A DNA stretch of 33,482 bases from Deltaproteobacteria bacterium. GTDB taxonomy: Bacteria; Desulfobacterota; JADFXK01. The notes below the pieces were generated by a model that was not told the DNA's origin, searched no databases, and was given only the letters and a program-made list of their open reading frames with translations. Location of the stretch: assembly GCA_015233355.1 (NCBI GenBank), contig JADFXY010000005.1, positions 1 to 33,482 on the forward strand. Reading direction: 5' to 3'. A program made the position numbers and the translations under genes. Shown piece after piece: positions 1-9,500 of this stretch. Numbering within the stretch: the stretch's first letter is position 1; each line of letters starts with the position of its first letter.

Positions 1-1
1 C

Positions 2-808
2 GACATCTTGGATCATGCGGCGGAGATTTTCGCTGACTTCATTAGTCCCGGCGCACATCCGGCTAAGCTCATCCGAGCCGTAAATCTTCAGCGTGTGAGT
101 GAAATCACCGGCTTTTATTTTGTTGGTCACCGTTTGCAGGTTCTGAATAGGCCGATTGACCAGTCGTTGAAACAGATAGTAAATCAATAAAATAATGATA
201 CCCAACCCCAGCGCCCCGACGATGAGATTGAGATTTCGGGCCCGGACAATGGATTGGGTCAACCGGTCGGTAGACGCCCGGACCACCATCCCGCCCAAGA
301 TATTCCTTGATTTGCCATGACAATGGTAACACCGGCCATCATTGGCGATGGGCCGCACAATGTCGAGGTAAGGTCGGCCGGCCACGTCTTGCTCCATGGC
401 CTTGTTCGTGCCTTTTCCAGCGGTTAGTTCCCGGCCGATTGCCTCGATGGCCACCTGGTCGGTGATCAGGCCGGCCAGGGGCTTTCCAATCAGGGCCGGA
501 TCTGTGGCAAATCTGATCACCAGATCAGGTCCGTACACCGCCACTTCCACGTCGGGGACTCGGACCTTTACTCGCTTGAATTGTTGTCTGACTATTTCGT
601 TATTGCCTATCGACAAGGCGTCCTCGATACTACCCTCGATGGATTCCGACAACATCTCACACTGGTGCCTGACCTGGTCCCGAAACACCGACTTCATACT
701 AAACAAGTTAAGTGCGATCATTACACCCATAACAGCCACAATCACGACGGACAGAGCCGTCAGTACCTTAACCCAGAGGTGTTCCGAATAACTTGACATC
801 AAGGACAT
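2..808 (-). CDS. Membrane sensor, probably a methyl-accepting chemotaxis protein, with a periplasmic c-type heme site (DcrA-like); 3' truncated by window edge
   Basis: Not in ORF track. Manual translation from ATG 808: MSLMSSYSEHLWVKVLTALSVVIVAVMGVMIALN (TM1), periplasmic domain with CYHCH (317-331), TM2 (LIVGALGLGIIILLIYYLF), HAMP (RPIQNL..AGDFT..DELSRM). Open to window start; output domain not visible. Confidence 0.8.
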   Translation of the reverse strand, partial: MSLMSSYSEHLWVKVLTALSVVIVAVMGVMIALNLFSMKSVFRDQVRHQCEMLSESIEGSIEDALSIGNNEIVRQQFKRVKVRVPDVEVAVYGPDLVIRFATDPALIGKPLAGLITDQVAIEAIGRELTAGKGTNKAMEQDVAGRPYLDIVRPIANDGRCYHCHGKSRNILGGMVVRASTDRLTQSIVRARNLNLIVGALGLGIIILLIYYLFQRLVNRPIQNLQTVTNKIKAGDFTHTLKIYGSDELSRMCAGTNEVSENLRRMIQDV

Positions 809-823
809 GTTGACGCCTTTCGG

Positions 824-1324
824 TTAGTGGGCTCCCCCAAAGACTAACGGCTTGTAGTTAAAAGTCTTGATTCGTTCCGGGCTATGACATTTTTCGCAAT
901 CGGCCATGTTTAGTTTTCTTTTAATATCCTTAGCGTCCTCCGATTTAACATGCAGGCTTCCCGGACCATGGCAAACCTCGCAGCCGGGATCTTTTAGGTG
1001 AGGAGTTTCTCCTTCAGACCGAAATCCGCCTGGTTGCCCATATCCGGTGGTGTGACATTCAAGACAGCCGCGAAATTCCTGTTCCGTAAGCTCCCTTTTC
1101 ATCACCTCTATCTTCGAGTAAGAATGCGCTTTTTTAGCATAGGCCGTGAAATTCTTAAATTCCGTTGCATGGCAATCCTTACATGCCGCGGCTCCCACAA
1201 AAGTCTTCTCGCCGTTCGATTCGGCCAGGCCGGCTCCCCCACCCCACCAACCGGCCATAATCAAGATCAAAAACAGCAACCAACCACCCGGGATTACCTT
1301 ATGCCGTTTGTCAATGTTGGTCAT
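824..1324 (-). CDS. Periplasmic tetraheme cytochrome c (cytochrome c554-like)
   Basis: Four CxxCH motifs (CKDCH, CLECH, CEVCH, CEKCH), signal peptide, FVGAAAC and CHGPGSLH motifs. Start set at ATG 1324 after GGGGGG, not the ORF-track 1453. Confidence 0.9.
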   Translation of the reverse strand: MTNIDKRHKVIPGGWLLFLILIMAGWWGGGAGLAESNGEKTFVGAAACKDCHATEFKNFTAYAKKAHSYSKIEVMKRELTEQEFRGCLECHTTGYGQPGGFRSEGETPHLKDPGCEVCHGPGSLHVKSEDAKDIKRKLNMADCEKCHSPERIKTFNYKPLVFGGAH

Positions 1325-1644
1325 AGCCCCCCCTAACGGACATTTAAATGAAATGGCAAAGGTTAGGATTGCGAGACACATTCGAAACCGGGATAAAATC
1401 CAGCGGCCATCCCGGCCCCATAAAACGTCTGGGTCATACCCGCTGGTCGGCAACAGGTGAGCATTGATTAATGTGTTAAAATATTTCTACAAATATGTCA
1501 ACCAATTTTGGTCAGGTTAAAAGAACAAACGCTTGAAAAATTCTTTTGTCGAGGTTTTATGTTGTTGAATAGAGCCGGCAAGAAAACTCCGAGGGGGACG
1601 GGCCGGACCAACCCACGGACAGCGGTAGGGCCCGGTCTTTCGCC

Positions 1645-1673
1645 TTGACACCGGGGGCACCCCACCCTATAAT
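1645..1673 (+). promoter_or_regulatory. Consensus sigma70 promoter
   Basis: TTGACA (1645-1650), 17-nt spacer, TATAAT (1668-1673); exact consensus, pointing at the BASS gene. Confidence 0.85.
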
Positions 1674-1864
1674 TACATTCCTTTGGTCACCGGCCTGAAC
1701 GCGGCGTAAAGAAATGAAAAAATGGTATTGTCGGAATAGGTCCGGCCAAAAACAAAGAGATACTCAGGTTGCAGCCGGCCCTCCGATATAACAAACGGAA
1801 TCCCTCCGCTTAACCGGCCCGGCCTGACCTGGTCCATCCGACCATACCTTAATTGAGTGGCGCC

Positions 1865-2773
1865 ATGTTCCGCACAAATGACTTAATACTTTTGCTGGTG
1901 GTTTTTTCTTCTATGGCCGTGGGAATTTTGTGGCCTCGATTCGGATTGTGGTTTCAGGCGCTACCTGTTTACATGGTCATGTGCCTGCTGTTCTTGAGTT
2001 ACCTGTCCATCACCCCGGAAGACCTCTGGGATACGCTCAAGATTTCGACCAAGACCATCTTTTACCTCACGTTATTGAAGATGGTGGCCTTACCGGTGGG
2101 GATATATTTCCTCTTCCGGGTCGTGTTGCCGGATTACGCCATGGCCGCCCTACTCCTCACCGGGGTCTCGACGGGGGTGGTGGCGCCGTTCATCTCCTCC
2201 CTGGTCAAGGCGAATACACCCTTGGTCCTGGTCATGGTCATCATCACCTCACCCCTGACGCCCTTGACTCTCCCCTGCCTGGTCAAGCTCGTATCCAGCC
2301 AATCTATTCAGATTCCCTTCGCCGACATGATCAAGATGCTGGGGCTGGTTATATTCATCCCCATTATGGCCGTTGAGGTTCTGAGACGGGTCGCCCCGGT
2401 TATTCCAGCCAAAATTATCCGGCGACGTTATCCAGTGTCGTTGGCTATTTTCGCCGTGATCAATTTCGGCGTTTTTTCCAGGTATTCGGATTTCCTGCTG
2501 CGACACCCAGCCACCCTGCTCACCGCCACGCTGGTGGGTCTGGCCTTGGCCGGGCTGTACATCGTGGCCGTTATCCCATTTTTCGGGAACCTGCCGGTGG
2601 CCGACCAGTTAGCCGCAGTGATCAGCTTTGGAAATATGAATAACGTCTTGGTCATTGTCTTCGCGGCCAAGTTCTTCGGCCCGCTCGAACCAACCGTGGC
2701 GGCCATGTACCTGATACCTTTTTTTGGTCTCATCCTCCCCCTGCGGGCATACCGAAAATGGCGGTCGGATTAG
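1865..2773 (+). CDS. Bile acid:sodium symporter (BASS/SBF) family transporter
   Basis: About 300 aa, ~9-10 hydrophobic segments, BASS-like segments (LLKMVALP, GVSTGVVAP, SFGNMNN). Start taken at ATG 1865. Confidence 0.8.
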   Translation: MFRTNDLILLLVVFSSMAVGILWPRFGLWFQALPVYMVMCLLFLSYLSITPEDLWDTLKISTKTIFYLTLLKMVALPVGIYFLFRVVLPDYAMAALLLTGVSTGVVAPFISSLVKANTPLVLVMVIITSPLTPLTLPCLVKLVSSQSIQIPFADMIKMLGLVIFIPIMAVEVLRRVAPVIPAKIIRRRYPVSLAIFAVINFGVFSRYSDFLLRHPATLLTATLVGLALAGLYIVAVIPFFGNLPVADQLAAVISFGNMNNVLVIVFAAKFFGPLEPTVAAMYLIPFFGLILPLRAYRKWRSD

Positions 2774-2814
2774 CCGCCTCAGTTGGAGATACGGCAGGCA
2801 GGATTCAAGAGACT

Positions 2815-3582
2815 TCACTCGTCGGCCGGAGACTCCGGCTCTACCGCGGCCACATCTTTATAAACTCCCAGTGGGAAGTAGGGGATCATTTCGTCGATCA
2901 CGCGCTGATTAGCCCGGATGGAGTCCATCTTCCAGTTGGTCGGGCAGGAAGATAGGAACTCGACGAAGGCAAATCCTCGCCCCTCCATTTGATATTGGAA
3001 GGCTGTTTTAAGCACCTTTTTGGCCTTCATCAGGTGTTTCGGGGTACACACGGCGACCCGGGCGGCATAGGCGGTGCCCCCCAAGGTGGCCAGGATCTCA
3101 GTCATCTTGATGGGGTATCCGGCGGTGGCCACTTCCCGGCCAAAGGGCGTGGTGGTGGTGACCTGTCCCGGCATGGTGGTCGGCGCCATTTGGCCGCCGG
3201 TCATACCAAATACGGTATTGTTTACAAATATGACCGTCACGTTTTCGCCCCGGTTGGCACAGTGGATGATTTCCGCGGTGCCGATGGCCGCCAGATCTCC
3301 GTCGCCTTGATAGGTGAACACAAAATTATCCGGCCGAGAGCGTTTCACGCCCGTGGCCACTGCGGCGGCCCGTCCATGGGGCGACTCCAGAACATCAACG
3401 TCAAAGTAGTCGTACATGAACACTGAACAGCCCACCGAGGCCACCCCGATCGTCTTGTCCCGGAGACCAAACTGATCAATCTGCTCGGCCACCAGCCGAT
3501 GAATAATTCCATGATGGCATCCGGGACAGAAATGAGCCGGTACGTCGATAAGACTCTCTGGTCTTTTGAATACTTGTTTCAT
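2815..3582 (-). CDS. 2-oxoacid:ferredoxin oxidoreductase beta subunit (TPP-binding, Vor/Kor-like)
   Basis: [21 protein letters not shown] motif [23 protein letters not shown]. Confidence 0.95.
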   Translation of the reverse strand: MKQVFKRPESLIDVPAHFCPGCHHGIIHRLVAEQIDQFGLRDKTIGVASVGCSVFMYDYFDVDVLESPHGRAAAVATGVKRSRPDNFVFTYQGDGDLAAIGTAEIIHCANRGENVTVIFVNNTVFGMTGGQMAPTTMPGQVTTTTPFGREVATAGYPIKMTEILATLGGTAYAARVAVCTPKHLMKAKKVLKTAFQYQMEGRGFAFVEFLSSCPTNWKMDSIRANQRVIDEMIPYFPLGVYKDVAAVEPESPADE

Positions 3583-3639
3583 AACTGATCCGTCCGATTA
3601 TATAAAATGTGTGCCGGCCGTTTTGTTTCATCTGGATCT

Positions 3640-4701
3640 TCAACAGCCGATTAATTTTTCATAGGCCTTCTTGATCTCACTGAGCAGCTCATTGGGAGAA
3701 GGGATGGAACCCGGAGGCCGGCCATAGAACTCCACCTTGGTGGGGTCATTAACCGAAAGTCTGACATCCTCGACCATTTGGCCGGTACTCAGCTCCACCA
3801 CCAAGCAACTGGGAATTCTCTCAGATATCCGGCGCAGAGCCGCCTCGGGAAATGGATATAAAGTTATGGGGCGGAAGAGGCCGACCTGCATCTTATCCGC
3901 TCGGGCCATCTTGACTGATGTCTTGAGAATCCGGGCCACCGAACCGAAAGCCGTGACGACCATCTTGGCGTCATCCAACAAAAACTCTTCAAACATCACG
4001 TCTTTTTTCATTGACTGATATTTTTGATGCAGCTTCCAGTTGTGTTCGGTCAGTTCACCTTCAGAAAGATAAAGGCTCTTAATTAGTCTCGGCCGGCGGC
4101 CGGCGCACCCGGTCAGGATCCAGTCTCGATCATAATCCTTTCCCTGGTATGGATGCAAGACCACCGGCTCCTTGATCTGGCCCAACATGGCATCACCTAA
4201 GATGAGCACCGGGTTGCGATATTCATCAGCCAGATCAAAAGCCTTCATGGTCAGGTCATAATTCTCCTGGGCAGTGGATGGAGCTAAGACGATAGTCCGG
4301 TAGTCACCGTGGCCGCCGCCTCGGGTGGCCTGGAAGTAGTCTCCTTGTGACGGTGAAATGCCGCCCAAACCAGGTCCGCTCCGGCTCATATTGACGATCA
4401 CCCCCGGAATCTGGCTCCCGGCCATGTATGAAATGCCTTCCTGTTTCAGCGAAATACCCGGACTCGAGGAGGAAGTCATGGCCCTGGCCCCGGTCGCTCC
4501 GGCGCCCAGCAACATGTTTATAGAGGCTATCTCACTCTCGGCCTGAATGAATGTACCCCCGATGCCGGGCAGGTGGGCGGACATGTATTCGGGGATTTCG
4601 TTTTGAGGCGTGATAGGGTAGCCAAAATAGAAACGGCACCCCGCCTCAATGGCCCCCATGGCAATCGCTTCATTACCTTTGACAAACTTTCTATCTGGCA
4701 C
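3640..4701 (-). CDS. vorB: 2-oxoacid:ferredoxin oxidoreductase alpha subunit (VorB-type)
   Basis: KGNEAIAMGAIEAGC, GYPITPQ, QAESEIA, TSSSSPG, RSGPGLG, GGGHGDY; GTG start. Confidence 0.93.
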   Translation of the reverse strand: MPDRKFVKGNEAIAMGAIEAGCRFYFGYPITPQNEIPEYMSAHLPGIGGTFIQAESEIASINMLLGAGATGARAMTSSSSPGISLKQEGISYMAGSQIPGVIVNMSRSGPGLGGISPSQGDYFQATRGGGHGDYRTIVLAPSTAQENYDLTMKAFDLADEYRNPVLILGDAMLGQIKEPVVLHPYQGKDYDRDWILTGCAGRRPRLIKSLYLSEGELTEHNWKLHQKYQSMKKDVMFEEFLLDDAKMVVTAFGSVARILKTSVKMARADKMQVGLFRPITLYPFPEAALRRISERIPSCLVVELSTGQMVEDVRLSVNDPTKVEFYGRPPGSIPSPNELLSEIKKAYEKLIGC

Positions 4702-4730
4702 TGTTGTCTCCTGATAGCTGGAACAATTTG

Positions 4731-4796
4731 GGGTTTCGGGTTACGGGTTTCGAGTTGCGGGTCAATGACATTGACACGTAACCCGCAACACGCAAC
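4731..4796. repeat. Degenerate 7-mer array forming an inverted repeat around a 15-bp palindrome
   Basis: gggttt cgggtta cgggttt cgagttg cgg-GTCAATGACATTGAC-acg taacccg caacacg caac. Confidence 0.8.
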
Positions 4797-4807
4797 AATA
4801 GGAAAAA

Positions 4808-5932
4808 TCACTGCTCCAGGTATTTATAGATGGTGTCTTTCCATTCAGTTTCCTGAGTTCTATTTAAGATGGCGCGGTTAATATTCTCTCGCAGGGGGCT
4901 GCCATCAGGCAAAGCAAAACCGTATGCCCAGTGGTCAAAGGAATTTGGTAACACCTTCAATTTGCCCCGATAGGAATTCTTTATCCAATAGGCCAGAGAC
5001 GGCAAATCATAAACAAAAGCTTCAATCTTACCTTCAGCCAGGTCTTGCAGGCCATGGATCGTTTTCTGGTAAGATCTAAATGGAATACGGTTGGCAGTCA
5101 GATAAGTTGTCCCGGCGGAGTCAATAACCGTCCCGACCCGGAGTCTGGGCAGATCCTCCGGCCCTTGAACCGGCGGGAGCAGATGGGTTATGGTCAGGGC
5201 CGAGGTCATGGCGGCGGTGAAACCAGTCAAAATAATGATAGACACATACATCCAGATGACGGCTATAATCCGGCCCCCGGTGGTAATCGGCACCTTGTCC
5301 CCATACCCGACCGACGTCATCGTGGTCGCCGACCACCAGAGACCGGCCCCGATCCCCTTAGTCAAACTACCGCCAAAATGTTCGTAGTTCTTCCGGCGTT
5401 CAAACAACCAAACGATCATCCCCACCAGCAATAACAATAGGATTAAGACGGCCACGACGCTAAGGAACTTAACGGAGAAGAGGCGTTTCATGGCCGTAAT
5501 CCAGATGCCCTTTTGAGCTTCGTCCACCCCGATGGCCAGTCCCGTGGTATAAAATGAATGGGTGAAATCAAAGAGCTTTTCCCGTTCCGGAGTCATCCGG
5601 ATAGGAGCCACGATCACATCGACGCCACCTTGAACGATCTCCGCCAATAGGGTATGAATATCACTTTCATGCCATTCATACTTGATCTTCAAATCTGAGG
5701 CGACCCTGACCCACAAATCCACAGCAATGCCCACCCACCGGCCTTTCTCGTCTTTCATGGAGAACGGTGGCAGTTCGGCCACTCCGACCTTTAATATCCG
5801 ATCCGGCGATGGATTACCGTCGGCTTCCGTCCTGAGCGGGCTTAGACATACCACCAGGGCCAAGACGATGATCAGGTTTAGGCGGCCAGGTCGAAGACAC
5901 CCGAAAAAGGATGATAGATGGGCACGAACCAT
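4808..5932 (-). CDS. Prokaryotic ionotropic glutamate receptor-like (GluR0-type) ligand-gated K+ channel
   Basis: Signal peptide, S1 (LKVGVAELPPF, MTPEREKLFDFTHSF), M1, pore loop GLWWSATTMTSVGYGD (filter 5297-5317), M2 with GFTAAMTSALT, S2 (VGTVIDSAG, AFVYDLP, YGFALPDGSPLRENINRAIL). Confidence 0.9.
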   Translation of the reverse strand: MVRAHLSSFFGCLRPGRLNLIIVLALVVCLSPLRTEADGNPSPDRILKVGVAELPPFSMKDEKGRWVGIAVDLWVRVASDLKIKYEWHESDIHTLLAEIVQGGVDVIVAPIRMTPEREKLFDFTHSFYTTGLAIGVDEAQKGIWITAMKRLFSVKFLSVVAVLILLLLLVGMIVWLFERRKNYEHFGGSLTKGIGAGLWWSATTMTSVGYGDKVPITTGGRIIAVIWMYVSIIILTGFTAAMTSALTITHLLPPVQGPEDLPRLRVGTVIDSAGTTYLTANRIPFRSYQKTIHGLQDLAEGKIEAFVYDLPSLAYWIKNSYRGKLKVLPNSFDHWAYGFALPDGSPLRENINRAILNRTQETEWKDTIYKYLEQ

Positions 5933-6057
5933 AACACCGAATCCCCGGTCATACCGATAAAAAGCTCGTTAATCCGTCAAAGAATATTTGTCGAGTCGTT
6001 ATATATCCGTTGACCTTGGGGCAGCCAACCGGCTGGGTGGCTCGACCAGACCGAATG

Positions 6058-6270
6058 TCAGTCTTTAAAGACCTCAATAACTACATCAGGACACATTTCG
6101 GCGCACATGGCGCAACCGGTACATCCGTCTGAAGACCGGACATGGGCCACGTTGTAGCCCTGGTTGTTCAATCTGCCTGAGAGCTCAATCATTTTTTTAG
6201 GGCAAGCCATGATGCACAGGCTGCATCCCTTACATCTATCTTCCCGAAAAAGCACTTTACCTTTGGCCAT
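6058..6270 (-). CDS. 2[4Fe-4S] ferredoxin, oxidoreductase delta subunit
   Basis: CKGCSLCIMACP and CTGCAMCAEMCP. Start at ATG 6270 (MAKGKV), 70 aa. Confidence 0.93.
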   Translation of the reverse strand: MAKGKVLFREDRCKGCSLCIMACPKKMIELSGRLNNQGYNVAHVRSSDGCTGCAMCAEMCPDVVIEVFKD

Positions 6271-6567
6271 ATAATCACCATGACAAATCGGCGGGCCGGA
6301 TTGCACAGGCCGCCAATCCAAATAAACCCACAGTTGTTGTTAGAAGATCCGCTATTTCGTCAGAGCATTCCGAAGGGATCTGACTGAATCGTACACAAAG
6401 CCCAAGTGATGGGCCGTCCAAATCAAAACCAGATGACGATATCCTGTTAGCTCCCCGATCGGCTTAGGTCTGAACTTAAGCATCAAACGATAAAAGAAAA
6501 CTATTTTCATGATATGCCAGACCCGGCAGGGCCTAAGATCATACCTTTCGTCCATTGGTCCCATGAT

Positions 6568-9500
6568 TCAACCCTTATGTCGGCAAATATCAATGAAGTA
6601 AAGAAGTTTCTTCCACAATCCCTCTCCATCGAGCTGAGACATACTGTAATGCCAACCAATTTGTTTTAACTTGGTATACGTTGTCGATCGCGATTGCATC
6701 CGGCGTGCGGTCAACTCCTTTAGATCCATAAAGTGGTCGCTGCCCCAGTCATCGGAGTGGACTAGATTGGAGAAATGCTTGACCTCCGCGCTGGTCGGGT
6801 AGACGACGGCCCTTTCGATCAAGGTCATGATGAAAGGTTTAATCTCCCGGCAGGAATAGTTCGTTAGCTGGATAGCCCGGACAAACTCGTCGCAAAAGTC
6901 CAAGATACCGTTTTGAAGCTTTAAAATCGTCGGATTAAATTCAATTTCCGCCTGGCGGTCGGGACTATCATCGCCCTTCAAGACAGGCTGGACTTGGCCA
7001 TTATAATCATAATAATAATTAATGGTTGTGGCATGGGTGGCGCGAGCAGCTTCTTCAAATATTTCCACAAAATTCATCATGGCCCGTTCCGAGGCGAGCT
7101 TTCGGCGTGCATCGTACATCACGCCCTCGATGTAGCTACGAGGGGGGAATTGGTATGGTATGCCATCACAATACCCCATGTAACATCCATAAAGCGTAGG
7201 AAAATCATTCCGTTCTGAAAAAGATTCGCCGAGAAAGTATTGGATCGTGGCGTTCCAACCGACATCAACTAAGCCCACACAATCATGCGAGAAAAAACCG
7301 TGTTGAGAGAGATAATCCTGTAAGATGTCAAATCCGGGTTGACTTAAGTCCTTTATTTTGGCCTGGACGTGGTCGTCGGCGATAAAGGTTAAGAGTCTCG
7401 GATCATGCCAATTATGGATCGGTTCGGCTATATTGTCAAATCCGGCCCGGCGGGCTGAGTCTTCAAATTCTTCCGGGGGCAGGCCGAAGGCTTTGAGAAC
7501 GGAATAGACACCTTTTTGGCGAGGATTGTAAAAGGCCGTCATGGCTTTAAGATGGCTGAGCCCTTTGTTAACCGCGGCGGGGGACGTTGTCATTCGGGTC
7601 AGATACAGATATTCATCTTCCGGGTATTGTCCTTCCCGGCCGAGCAGCGATATCATCTTCCGGTAAAGGCTCTGCAGCAAATACCCATCTCGGGCCAAAA
7701 AGAATATCCTCTTTGCTTTAGCTCCGGCTAAGGTATCCAATATCCCAAATATATACGTACAAAACACCGGCCCCAGGACGTCATAACCGTATCTATAATA
7801 AAAATCACTTTCCGTGTTTTCCCGGAACAGGCTGCCGGCATGGGCCACCTGCAACAGATGTCGACCTTTCCAATAATCAGTTTGTCTGGATAAATAGGAA
7901 TAGGCCCGAAGCAGACGAAGGCGTTTCTTCTCGGTCTTATTCTTGAAAAGAACAGCCCGGATAGCCATCGCAGACGGTACGTCATGATCGGCGATGGGAT
8001 TGTCGCCGACATGGACGACCTGCTTTGGAGACACGCCGTAATCACTCATCATCAGAGAAAACAACCGGCCTGAGTACTTGCACAAAAACTTCTCGCTCGA
8101 CATATAAATCCGGTCGAAATACTTTAGCAAGTCCATTTTTTCAAGAATATAAGATATATCATCTGATTCTAGATACATATCGGATAGAGCCACGATTGGT
8201 TTTCCAAATCCCTTGACCATATCCAGGAGTCGCCGCGCCTCCGGGTCCACCATCAAGGCATTCACCTCCAACTCCAATTCCCGCTCCCTAATCCAATTCT
8301 TGAGCCCCGGATCGATCTGTTGCGTCCCGAACATCTCCTGAATCCACCGATCAAGAATTTCCGAGTACCGGCATTCATAATCGAAACCCGCCGCTTGCGC
8401 CTCCTCGCGAAGGTCCGTCACCGCCTGGATACGGCATGCCAGGATGTCTTCCCATAAGATAACGTTGTTAATCCGGTCGGAGAGATGCCGGCACAGCGCT
8501 TGATGGACCTGCTCGGGTGGCTCAATTCGGCGGACGAGGAGAGTGTCAAACAAGTCGAAAGAAAAAACCGATACCTTATCATTCAAGGCACTAAGCAACT
8601 CGTTCAATTTATTGAAGGTATCTATGCGGTCTAGTAATCGTAGGCCAACAGTCTTAGTGAATGCTATGGGGTGTAGGGCAGCTTTTCCCAACCGATAGCT
8701 GAAGGAAGCGGTCAGTCGGGCCATTTCCCGGCGAGCCGAGGCAAGCTGATTAACATAATGATTTATTTTTTTATTTCTGTCTGCAAAAAGATTGGCGTTT
8801 TCACGCTCTTTCTGCTCCAGACGGGTTTGTATTAGAGAGAGGTTCTTATCGTATTCAAGAGCAAGCTCACGGATAGCCGCTTCCTGTTGAACAGCGATCG
8901 CATCTATTTCCTTTCGATGTGAATCAACCGTTTCCTGTTGCATCTCCTGATGTGAGTTCACCGTATCCTGAAGCATGTTGTGAAATGATATGGTCATTTC
9001 TTCTTCTATGTGGTGATGCACCTTGGTCATCTGCCGGCTAAGGGAAAAAAAGATGTCCCGTGTGGCACTATCCAGGAAATTTGGAAATTCTTTCAACAAG
9101 ACATCAAAGTTTTCCTGGTTTGCTTTGAGAGGATTTTCCTTGATAGAGTTGGAGCCGTGTAACCGGTAGTGCAACAGCTTTTGGTCATGCAAGAACAAAA
9201 TACCGTCTCGGTTCGCCGAAAGAAAACGCAAGATAAAATCATAGTCCAGCAGGTACTTATAACTACCAAAGTATCCTATTCCATCATAAACGCTTCTCTT
9301 AAGAAAAAAATTAGAGGTGGTGATAAGAAAGTTGCCCTGTAAAATGGCCTGCAAAAAATCCCCGGTATCGTAATAAATTTGTTTTAACCCTTCATACCAT
9401 TCCAGCCACCAGTGCGTCTTGTCGGTAATGGGCCGGCTGTCGGCATCGACCAGCTCAATATCCGTGGCCAAAAACTCCTTACCGCCAGTCCCGGCCGCCT

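Noticed and set aside
396-796. Plus-strand ORFs 396..791 and 581..796
   Set aside because: Antisense shadows of the minus-strand chemoreceptor gene.
1325-1460. Possible c-di-GMP riboswitch, or N-terminal extension, upstream of the cytochrome
   Set aside because: No GEMM-type conserved motifs seen; the extension precedes a good signal peptide and RBS.
6000-6060. TGA stop of the ferredoxin followed by a small hairpin (possible SECIS)
   Set aside because: The protein is complete at a normal length and the TGA does not correspond to a Cys position.
6352-6564. 70-aa minus-strand ORF between the GT cluster and ferredoxin
   Set aside because: No recognisable motif or RBS; probably the promoter region.
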